Assembly (NCBI RefSeq): GCF_006345805.1
Contig: NC_043003.1
Coordinates: forward strand, 20,894,001-20,958,000
Direction: 5' to 3'
DNA length: 64,000 nt
Origin: Octopus sinensis
Taxonomy: Eukaryota
In this document: in pieces, positions 48,401 through 60,894 of the stretch
Position numbering within the stretch: the first letter of the stretch is position 1
Layout of the letters: each line of letters begins with the position of its first letter
Position numbers and translations under genes: made by a program
The notes under the pieces: generated by a model
What the model saw: only the letters and a program-made list of their open reading frames with translations
What the model was told of the DNA's origin: nothing
The model's database searches: none

Positions 48401-51400
48401 AAAATTTTATTTCAAATATAGCACAATACAAAAAAAATAAATAACCAAATGTGAATTTGCATCTCAAAATGCAAGAGCTTTTCTGAGAAATCTCAAAACG
48501 TAAATAATGTAAACTTCAAAAAAGTGACTAATAATTATAATTACGGTTTCAAATTTTGGCACAGGACTAGCAAATTTGGGGAGAGGGGTTCAACCGAGTA
48601 CTTGACTGGTACTTTAGCAATACCTTTTTATCTGGTAAAAACTTAGTCATCATCTTTGAAGTGTTTAGGGTCATTATCATGTTGGAACATGGAATGCCTT
48701 CCTAGTTCCTTGATGCTTTTCAACATTGTTTTCTGCAATATGTCCCAATAATGCCTTGAATCCATTGTTCTCTCAATAAATGTGAGTCCTCCCACACCAG
48801 CTGCACTCGTGCATCCCCAAAGCATAACACTTTTGACACCGTGTTTCATAGTAGGCACAGTGCATTTGTCTCTATTATCTTTACCTGATCATCGCCATTT
48901 TCATTTAATACCATTTGGTCCAAACAAGTTAATTTTAGTCTCATCAGAATAAAGAATTTTATTCCCAAACTCCTTCCCTTTTATTCACATAGCTTTCAAG
49001 AAAAGAAAGACTACTTGATTTATGCCTAGTAGTGAGAAGAGGCTTCCCACAAGGAATGCATCAATAAGGACCACACTGGTTCAAACTTTGGCAAACTGTT
49101 TGGATGGATACACTCTTTCCACTAACAGAAGACATTTCTTGGACCAAAGATGAAACAGTACAATGCCTGTCATCCATCATGTAACGTTGGATATAGCAAA
49201 TATCTCATGCAGTTAAAATAGACAATATGGGTGATGTTTATTGCTTAGCCATCCAGTAGTTGCTAATTAACTTACATCCTAAACCATTCTTGTGCAAATG
49301 AACAATAATTTTCTTTAAATCTTTAGACAATTCTTTTCCTTTTGGTGCCATTTTAATCACAATGAAGAAGATTTTCACCATGGTACACAAATCAGAATTC
49401 CTGCAGATGCAATAACAATGACCAATGCAAAAATGCCAGGAGAAATAATTTATTAGAATTGAAATTACCAGCAATATCTGAATTTAGTAAAGAAAAGTAG
49501 ATAAAATATTGAATATAGCAAATTTCCTTTAGGGTGTACATATTTTTGTAGCATTTGAAAATTTATATTTTGTTCATATCTTTGAAAATGTTTATTGTCT
49601 TGTGTTCCAAATTTCTATAATCTTTGCATGTATGATATATTTTATTTAGTATAAATTTCATTTGATTTCCTCTGAAATTATCAGAGTAATGGCAATTTTA
49701 CTAAAATTTTTTAGGGATGTACATACTTCTGTAAGATACTCTGTGTGTGTGTGTGTGTGTGTCACTACAGTAGAATGAATTCATGGATAATTGCTTGTAT
49801 TTGTTTTTATCAGTTGTTTTAAACTTTTGTGTATGCATATTTTTCTTTGCAGTATCTCATGCGATAATAACATTTATGGTCAAACTAGAAACCCGCATAA
49901 AGCTGATCGTTGTCCTGCTGGGTCCAGTGGAGGAGAAGCAGCTCTCATAGGTTATGGTGGATCAATTTTGGGTATAGGATCGGATATTGGTGGTAGCATT
50001 CGCTGTCCAGCTCACTTTTGTGGCATTTATGGATTAAAAACAACTATTACTCGTGTGGGGTAAGTCTGTAAAATGTTTTCCACAACCCTCTTGATTCTAT
50101 AGATCTCTTTATATTTAACTGATATCATATCTCCCCTTACTGAAATTATTTCATATTGGTGCAGGCATTAGCTCTGTGTTAGAAAGTTTGCTTCCCAGCC
50201 ACATGGTTTCAGGTTCAGTCCCACTCCATTGACCTTTGGGCAAATGTCTTCAGCCAACGAAAAGTCTTCTGAGTGAATTTGATAGATGGAAACTGAAACC
50301 CGTTGTGTGTTATGTGTGTGCCTTTGTGTGTGTTTGCCCCCACCACCACCCATTGACAACAGGTGTTGGTTTGTCTTTCCCTGTGACTTAGCAGTTTGAC
50401 AAGAGACCAATAGAATAAGTACCAAACTTTAAAAACATAAGTGCTGGAGTTGCTGCATTCAAAAAAATTTTTGAAGGTCGTGCACCAGCATGGCTGAAGT
50501 CTAATGACTTAAAAAAAGGATAAAAGATACTGGACTTTTGTTCATTCCAGTACTACATAAAACATACATTTTCAATTAATGGTGAGCCATTGAAGCACAG
50601 ATATGCAAATTAAGCTATTCACTACAGTAACAGTTTCATTCCTGACTGTTTTGTATGCTAGCATGTAAATAATTTTGTATGCAGACATGTAAATAATTTA
50701 AAAAGTAAAAAATCCTCATGCAAAAAAACTGCACAAATCTGTCCTGATCAAGAGGCCTATCTGTTGAGGAAGGCATGATCTGACATGGAATAAACAAAAA
50801 TTTATACAAGACATTCTATTGTAAAAAATTTTTTTTTTGTCAATTTTAATTGTAGAACTGGAAGTTTATCTATTGCTGCAGAGAAACAAGATCTCAGTAA
50901 GAATTATATTACTTTACCTTCTTGTCTATATGTATACACATCAATATAGCATGACCCATGAAAGATAATCTACATGGTAATAAACCTGCTAGAAATAGCA
51001 GTCAAATCTCTCTTAAATCCTACCTTAGTGTTTTAAAAAAAAGGACATTGGATAAATATAAGCTGTCTGGAAGTGAGACAAAATAGTTATAGTTGGAATG
51101 CCTTATCAGAGGCGTACTCAGTCAAGAGATGGCTAGTTTCAATAACATGTAATAGGTGGGGTAACCTGGGTTTAAGCAACAACAAATATATTGCCAATGT
51201 AGATATGTAATGTAATACACACACTCGTACATGCATCACCTGGATCGGCCAGGCTGATTGGTGCTGAGACGGTTCCATTGGCCACAGCATTCGCTCCATT
51301 CCCCTCGTGCTCTTACCATTCTCCTCCACATTGTTCCAAACATTTTTCTTAAATCATCTTCCCACCTGACTGGAGGTCTTCCAAGTGGTCTCTTCCACTT

Positions 51401-51828
51401 GCACAGGTACCACTCGATAACTACACAATTCAACCGATTGTCTGTGAACCTTGTAACATGACTGGCCCTTCATAGCTCTGCATGGTGGTATTCTGCAAGG
51501 ACGTCCTTCGCTCCAGTTCTATCCCTGATCTCCTCATTTCAGGTGTGATCTCTTAGCAAGACACGCATCAATAAAATGAACATGAGCTAAGAGAAATAAT
51601 CTCAGACTCCAATGGGTGCAGACATACAATCTCTTTTCCAGCTGGAGATAGAAAACTGTTACTGTCTGTTAATTTGTAAGCAAAAGAATATATCTGAGTC
51701 TTAAACAGGACAATTTATTGCACAGTCAGCAAATTTTTATGGTCCTAATTGTGAATGAGGAATCTCTGCCCTTAGATTGTTACAGTCCTGATGAACTTCT
51801 TATTCACACACTCACACACACTCACACA

Positions 51829-51865
<37 letters not shown>

Positions 51866-53480
51866 TACTAATTCATAAGAATTCTACTATTAATTACTAA
51901 TTATTTATCTAATTACAGTTCATCCTTCTATTGGTCCGATGGCACAGACTGCTGATGGTTTGATTATTGCAGCAAAAGCATTGTTTTCTAAGAACGTTTT
52001 TGAAATGGATCCCCGGATAGCACCTATAGAATTCCAGAATCATGTAAGGAACGGTTTTTGTTGATATTCATACATTTTTCAGAATTATATCTGCAGTGTC
52101 TGTTCATCAACGTTTGTCACCACCAATACCATCTCTACCATTACCTTGACCACTATCGCCACAATTACCCTCATTTTCTGTGCCATTACCAGCATTATCA
52201 TCCTCATCACCACAATTATTGCCATCACTGTAACCATTAGTACCTCTCTCACCACTATCATTTCCAACATCATCATCAATACTCAGGTTATTCTCAAGCG
52301 CTGCTGGTAACATAGTCCAGTACAACCTGTCACATGATCAGGTCACTGGCAACTAAACTGGTAACCCTCTAAGCTTGCTTTGTGGGGAGGGTGATTAACT
52401 GGACATCATGTTGGACGTAAAGGAGAAAAGCATCAAAGGACAGAGGAACTCGTGAGAGCCAATGACCATCCTATAATGTGTGAAGGCATGTGACTTAGTG
52501 GCTAGCATGTTGCATTCACAATTGTAAGGTCATGGTTTCATTTCTCAAGCTAGCTGTGCTTTGTGTTCTTGTACCAAACACTTTATTTTATAATGTTGCT
52601 CCAGTCCACTCAGCTTTAAATGGTTAACTTTGGGATTGATTGATGTACAATTGTGAGATGCCAACTCTGAAAAAAATCACCTGAATGGAGGTCTTGAGAA
52701 CCACATTTTTGTGTTCAGCAATCAGAAGGAAGAATAGTACAACCCTTACTGTGAATCCCAAGTGACTGAAATTGGTTGTTCAACCACGTCGAAGGATGAT
52801 GATGATGATGATGATACTGATCAATAACAAGAGCTTGTACTGAAGTAGGTAGGTTTGTGCCAGTTAATGAGAGGTTAAAAAATATAATTGCTTTCAAAAT
52901 TAATTAAAATAAAGAGGGTGTAATTCAGCAGAAATATAGAAACGAAAGGTTTTAGCACATCAGATTAGTAGAATCATTGGCTAAAAGGCCTTGTGTTATT
53001 CTGTGAAGACAGAAATAACAATATTTGCTGCAAGGGTTATGGATGAGAGGAATTTTTACAGAGATGTATTACAAAAATCATAGTGATGGTGGAGGTGGGG
53101 TTATGTAGAATTAACTTAGAGAAAACAGGCATAAGAAAGAAAAGTATGCAAAAGGCTTCGAGTGGAATATCCCAAAAAGAGAAACACCCGTCTAAGACCA
53201 ATCAAGAACCACCAACTAGCCTGAATTATCAAGGGTATTTTCTCAATAATGATAATAATTATTATTTTTACTCTAGGCACAAGGCCTTGAAAATTTTTGG
53301 TGAAGGGGACTAATCAATTACATCGACCCCAGTGCATAGCTGGTACTTATTTCATTGACCCCGTTAAGAAAGGATAAGTCGACCTTGGCGGAATTTGAAC
53401 TCAGAACATAGTGGCAGACAAAATACCGCTAAGCATTTCACCCAACATGCTAATAATTCTGCCAGCTTGCCACCTTAATG

Positions 53481-53517
<37 letters not shown>

Positions 53518-56500
53518 TTGATGATAAAAATTATTGTAAATTAATTTCTCTTTTCAGTTATTTGAAGGAAAGAAAAACCTGCGGATTGGATATTATGTGA
53601 CTGATAATACAGTTAGTTCTATCCCAGCCTGCCGCAGAGCAGTTCTTATGGCAAAGAAAGCATTGGAAGCTAAGGGGCATACGGTAAGAATGTTATCATT
53701 GTCATGATTATTATCATTATTATTATTATTACTTACTTACTTACTTTTAATTTGTATATTTGTTGCAATCACTTACTGAGACACACCCCGCACCCTAGGG
53801 CAAGTGAAGGTTAAGCGATGTTGAAATATAACTGAAAGCTTGGGTGGGGAGAATGGCTAAAGCAGTAGAAAAATACCTCCATATAATACAATATAAATTG
53901 ATAGGGTTTTTCTAAGGATATGGGCAGTACTGGTCAGCACAATCTTTTGGATTTTCTTGAGACATGGTTCTCCTGGGATGTTGTCTAGCTTTTTTCTGAC
54001 ATACCTTTTTTATCATACATAGGGCACCCATAATTAGAGGAGCAGTTTTTGCTTTAAGATGGCACATCTTTTGTATTTCAATTTCCAGGACCTTGTATTT
54101 ACTAAGTTTGTCAAATGTTAGCATGCCGGACAAAATTTTTAACAGCATTTCATCCATCCTTACATTCTAAGTTCAAATTCCACCAAGGTCTATTTTGCCT
54201 TTAATCCTAACTTCTACTGAGTTATCTGTGTTACATTTTTCACAATCTGAATTTATAAAGACAAGGCAAAATGCAAAATCACTAACAAGAACACACACAT
54301 ACACACATATACAATAGGCAACTTTAATTTCTGTTGACCAGTTTCACTCACAAAATATTGGTCAACCCACTGTTATAGTATAGAACATTAGCTAGCATCA
54401 TACCTGCAGTGGGACTGAACTCCTTTCACCTGGTTCAGAAGCAAACTTCTCGACCACACAGCCATGCCTACACCTTTGGCTATCCTTATAGCTCGTCTGT
54501 CAGTGCCTTTACAAAAATTGCAACAATAACAAATAGAATGATAGACATATTCTTTAACCTCCATTTAATTCAAAACTAGGTCAGGGTAATTTCTGAGCTT
54601 TTCAGTTCAATTCTACTCAATATGACTTTCAAGTTTTGACACAAGGCCAGCAATTTTGGAGGTGGAACAGGTTGAACTGATTGCCCCCAGTACTCATTTG
54701 TACTTATTTCTTTAACCCCTAAATGATGAAAGGCAAGGTCAACCTCAGCAGAATTTTAACTCAAAATGTAAAGATAGACGAAATGCTGCTAAGCACTTTG
54801 CTCAGTATACAAATGATCCTGCTAGCTTGATGCCCACCACCAATTTAACCCTTTTGCTACCAACCTGACTAAAACCGCCTCTGGCTCTGCAGTACAAATG
54901 TCTTGTTTTCATAAGTATTGAATTAAAATCTTCCACCAAACCTTTGTCACAATTTATGTTCCTAACACTAGCTTAATGATAACTAAGTTCTTTTACTAAA
55001 TTCTTCGTTATATTTAAAATTAATTGAATGAAACACAGAGCATATCAAAATAAATACAGTAACAAAAGGGTTAATAATGGTTTCAAATTTTGTCTCTAGG
55101 CCAGAAATTTTAGGAGAGGGGTTAAATCAATTACACCAACCCCATTTTTCAATTGGTACTTATTTTATCAAACCTGAAAGGATGAAAGACAAAGTTGACC
55201 CCAATGGCATCTGCACTCAGAACAAGCATTTTGCCTGGCATGCTAACGATTCTGCCAGCTTGCTGCCCTTATATATGGCTTAATTATTGCTAACAAACTA
55301 TTACCAGTTTACTTAGATTCTGAACTTTACCATATCTCTATTTTTTATAAATTTTTCTCTTGAGTTAATTTACCACTCAATGGATTGGATATTGCTTTGG
55401 CTGATATCCTCTGTCCTTTCACTCTGTCCTTTCCTTCAATCTTCCATATCCATCATCTTCTACGTTTCACTTTGATTTTCATACAAATAGATGACTAAGT
55501 TCTATCCTATTTGCTCCTATAACGAAGCATACATCACTGATAAATGTTGTTGTTTCATTTGATTTACAGGTCGTTGAATTTACTCCTCCCAGAATCCTGT
55601 ATGCTCTCTGCTTAGCATCACGCATATTGTGGTTGGATGGCCGCAGATTAAGCAATATGGTGTAAGTATCTTATATAGTAAAATTCCAGAATGCTAGGAA
55701 ACTAGTGGGGATTAGTGCAGCTGTTGTAAACACAATTAGAGAATTTGCAGTATAATAAAAAAATTTGATTACCAGGAGTGGAAAAACTCAATGCTTCAAC
55801 CTCTTGATCTGCAGTAAAGAATAGAGAAAAATGTGTGGAAGAGGAAGACATGGACAAGGTGGCGAAGCACGATCTTCGGATGTTAAATCTCATGGAGACA
55901 ACGCCAAGTGAGCGACACATTTGGGGATTTGCTGTGCTTGAGAAGATATGTCAAGTGGAATCATAAATGTGACCAGTGCTAGTGACACATACAAGGCACC
56001 TGTGCTGGTGACATGGGCAGGGCACCCATGCTGGTGACATGTGCAGGGCACCCGTGCTGGTGACATGTGCAAAGCACCCATGCTGGTGACATGTGCAGGG
56101 CACCCGTGCTGGTGGCATGTGCAAGGCAACCATGCTGGTGGCACATGCAGGGCACCCATGCTGGTGACACGTGCAAGGCACCCGTGCGGGTGACACCTGC
56201 AGGGCACCCGTGCCAGTGACACGTGCGGGGCACCTGTGCCGGTGACATGTGCAGGGTGCCAGTGACATGTGCAGGGTGCCGGTGACATGTGCGGGGCGCC
56301 AGTGACACGTGTGGGGTGCCAGTGACACATGCGTGGCGCCCATGCTGGTGACATGTGTGGGGCACTGTCATCATCATTTAACATCCTCCTTCAATGCTGG
56401 CATGGATTAGATGGTTTGACAGGATCTGGCCAGGCAGGAGCCTGCGCCATGCTTCTGTATCTGTTTTGGCATGGTTTTTATGGCTGGAAGCTCTCCTTAA

Positions 56501-59500
56501 CACCAACCATTCTGCAGAATGGGCTAATGCATGATTAATTAAAAACAATGTGAATAAGTAGGCAATTACTTTCAAAGTAATTTGTATAAGCCAAAGGTTT
56601 AGTATATTTCTGGGTTTTTTTTCCTTTCTGTTTTTCAGAAAACATGAGCCACCAAGTAAGGAGCTGTTCTTTCTAAGAATTACTGAAAATTTTGCCAAAA
56701 TTTTAGCTTCCCTACTTTATTTTATTGTAAGTAATATTTTCTTAAATCTTCAGCATTTAAACTGGTCATATCCAGCCAAAATATTCTACTTATTTAATGT
56801 TCAAACAGGCTGTATCTGGTCTCTTACTCCGACCCTACAATGTCTTACAAAAAGTAAACAATCACATCATTGAAGTCTCAAAACTACAAGATCATGCATG
56901 GTTAATTCAAGAGAATGTTAATAATCAAGCATTACATTTAACAGTATAATCTGAATGCTAAAGGGTTAATACTAAAAGTTTTTCTCTCATATTAATATAT
57001 TTTGAAAAAATATTATTGCTCAAAATTCAAACTTTGCACATATTTATCTACATAGGCATAGGTATAGCTGTGTGGTTGAGAAATCTGCTTCCTAACCATT
57101 TCGGTTTGGGTTCAGTGCCACTGCACAGCACCTTGGGTAAGTTTTTTCTGCTATAATCCTTGGCAATCCAAAGTGTTGTGATTGAATTTGGTCAGTGAAA
57201 ACTAAAATAAGACCATGGTGGATGTGTGTATGTGTGTGTTCCCTTGTCTTGATATTACACAATATTCGTAAATGAGCATCACTGTCATACAAGAAGTGTT
57301 CTTCTGTGAAGATGTGTCCAGCCCTGAGAAAATATTACTTTGCCTGGAAGCAATTTCTACATGGTAGAAATAATTTGCTACAAATTGACCGTCAACCATT
57401 ATTATCACTTTTGGGGTCAAAAATACAGTGAATCAACTATAATGCTGGGGGACAATATTGCTAAACTACAATTTTCAGATGCAGTATATTACATTGAAGA
57501 AAATTGGTCATGCGGACTGTTTACCGAGACTAGTCCCCAAGAATACGGAACTGATAGAAGATACGGTGATAGCCTCATTGAAGTCAGAAAATGAAATAAA
57601 AAGTATTATGTGTAATGTTCTTCATAAACTGCCAGTGACAGCATATGATATAAAAATGAAATCCACAGAGGATAATTACATTACAAGAATGAAAGAAATG
57701 TTGAAAAATAAGAAATGTTGAAATATGCATCGTTGCATAGCGAAAAATTATTCGCTATACAACGATGTTTAATTTACACACAGAGTGGTAGTACCAACTG
57801 CACTACAGAAACGAGTATTGCAGGAATTCCTCAGTGGGCACCTGGGAATGCCGAGAATGAAAGCCTTAATGAGCAGCTGTGTATATTGGCTTACAATAGA
57901 CTGGAACATTGAAAATTGTGTAAAATCATGTAGCGGTTGTGCACTAGCAGCCAAAGCACCACTGGTGAAAAACCAATTGTGGCCTGAGATGGATAGTCCA
58001 TGGTCCAGGGTACATATCAACTATGCTGGACCAATGAACGGTGCTTACTATTTGTTGTTGATAGCAGTACAAAGTGGCCTGAGGTATGCAGGTGCAATAA
58101 ACCAACTGCAAAGACAACAATAAAGTTCCTGTATGAATTATTTGCCTGATAAGGTGTTCCAGATGCATTGGTATCAGATAATGGGAACAAAATTTACAGG
58201 TTATGAATTCAAAAATTTCTGCAAGATACATGCAGTAAAGCACGTTTTTACCCTGCCTTACCACCTGAGGTCAAACATGCAGGTAGAAAGATTTGTTGAT
58301 ACTTCCAAGCAGGCATTAAATAAAAGCAAAGAATGATGTAGGAAATAACAAAGCACTAACGAAATTCTTGAGTGTATATAGAGTAACACCCAATCCGAAT
58401 ACCATTTCAGAAAAGTCTCCAGCAGAGTTAATGTGTGTGTGAAAAATAAAATCAAACTTCAATAAATTGTTGCTAGGAAAAAATATATTTAAAAGAAATA
58501 CAGAAAAGGCAACAAATCATTTGAAAGTAGGAGATAAAGTTCATTTTAAAATTTACAAAAATGGTAAAGAAGGCTGGGTGGATGGTTTTGTAACTAAAAG
58601 ATTAAGAAACATGATGTCTGTAATTAAAGGACAACATTGGGAACATAAGAGACACCTAAACCAATTAAAGATGAGACATACTGAAAAACAAAAGGAAATG
58701 TCAATAGAAGTCTGCTATGACATGTTTGAGGTGCCAACACCAAAAGAGATGGCATCTTTTCCAGGTGAAGATTTGTCTCTCGTCCATTTAATGCTATGGA
58801 GACTGGATATAAGTACCAGTCCATTAAACCATGGAGCTGTGTTACTGTTCACAAAATGAACAATGTAATATAAAGTATATTAATTTCAGACAAAATTAAA
58901 TAAGTGTATTCTATTCATCTTTTTCCTTATAGTTCCTTATTTCAAAATCAAACTTCTAATCCCACCAAATATTATTATGAAATGATTATTTCCCTTATAT
59001 TAACTGCCCACTAGAGCAGTGTTACTCAAAGTGCCAGTCTGCGAGCCATCAGCTGCCAGTGTGCAACCAGTTTCCAAAAAAGAAAGAAACACTATAAAAT
59101 GCTTATATAATATTGTATTTTTTGTTTACAAAATAAATATAAGATAAAAAAATTGTCACCTTTTATTATATTCATTATATGTATTTGTTTCCAGTATAAA
59201 TTGATATTAGTAAAAAAAATCTACCGGTACTCCACATCAGATAGTTTGAGAACCATTGCATTAGAGGACAACGCGTGAATGAAAAATAAATTTTTCGCTT
59301 TATTTTACAATAAAACTTCATCTAAATTATTTCAAACTTTAAAATATTTTTAAAAAAACATCTTTTAAAGTAGATTTTGTTCAGAAGTTTGTGTTTGTTT
59401 TCTTTTATTTTCTTGTTTTTATTTTTTTTCTGTTCTCTATTATCTTGCAGGACAACACTTCATATCAAATCTTATGTTCACTGGATGGAAGTAGGTGAGT

Positions 59501-60834
59501 ATGGAATTAGTTACCCTACCTTGGTTTCTGTGCATGTGTAATGTATGTATCATCATTATTGTCTTCATTTAATCATCATTATCATCATCATTTAATAATC
59601 CGTTTTCTATGCTGGCATGGATTAGATGGTTTGACCAGTCTGATTTGGCAGGGTTCCTACTGCTGGCTGCCCTTCTTAATGCCAACCACTTTACAGTGTT
59701 TACTGTGTGCTTTTAACTTGGCACCGCACAACAACTCACAAATTGGTACCAATGTATGTACATATGCATGTATGTATGCATGCATGTATGTGAGGTATCC
59801 ATCTCTCATCTAAATGTGAGTAGCTATGTTGCTGTTCTATGACAAGGATCTCCTTGTCCTCCCTTTTTCACCTACTTTAACCCTTCATCTTCTAGTATAA
59901 AGCTGACCCCATTCTCTGTCTCAAGGTTCATAGTCTTGTGAGCTCCACGGTGACCTCACTGGTGCCAGCGAACCAGGAAAAGCACTCAGTACACACTGAA
60001 GTGGTTGGCATTAGGAAGGGCATCAAGCTGTAGGAACCATGCCAAAGCAGACATAGGAGCATGATGTAGTTCTTGGACCCATTGAATCCCTGTCAGATAG
60101 TCCTACGTTTGGCAGCATAGAACTTGGACATTAAATGGTGATGATAATGTTTATACATAGGTGCAGGCATAGCTGTGTGGTAAGAAGCTTGCTTCCCAAC
60201 CACATGGTTCTGGGTTCAGTCCCACTGCATGGCACCTTGGGCAAGTGTCTTCCACTGTAGCCTCAGGCTGACCACAGAGCCTTGTGAGTGGATTTTGTAG
60301 ATGGAAACTGAAACAAAAAGCCTGTCACATGTATGTGTGTGTCTTTGTGTTTGTCTTTTCCCCCCTCCCATCACTTGACAACTGATGTTGGTGTTTTTAC
60401 TTCTCTGTAACTTGGAGGTTCAGCAAAAGAGACTGATAGAATAAGTACTATCCTTACAAAGAATAAATCCTGGGGTCAATTTCTTTGAATAAAAAACCCT
60501 TTACAACAATTTACAACAAAATTTGTTTCAACACATGAAGCTTTGAGGATACGTCTCCTTGTCTTTGACAGGTGATAGTTGTGACCCACTATCATTCAAG
60601 CAGTGACCCTTGTTTCTAAATCTCCTGTGGAAACATGTCTGGTTATGAAGAAATATTATTTTGGGTTGGAAAAGGCAAGGGCTGGTGTCAAGAAGTGCAT
60701 TCAGCTGTAGAAAATCTGTCTCATCAAAATTGTCTCATCAATAATGTCCACCAATCCATGCAAGCATGGAAAGGTGGACATTAGACCAATGATGATGATA
60801 TATTAGATAATCACAAAGTATTTAAATGCCAATC

Positions 60835-60894
<60 letters not shown>

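Noticed and set aside
52058-52325. His-rich / Gly-Asn-rich ORFs
   Set aside because: Degenerate (CAC/CAT)n low-complexity intronic sequence.
55890-56384. Cys/His-rich metallothionein- or keratin-associated-like ORFs
   Set aside because: They are translations of a 26-bp minisatellite, open in all three minus frames, and intronic antisense to FAAH.
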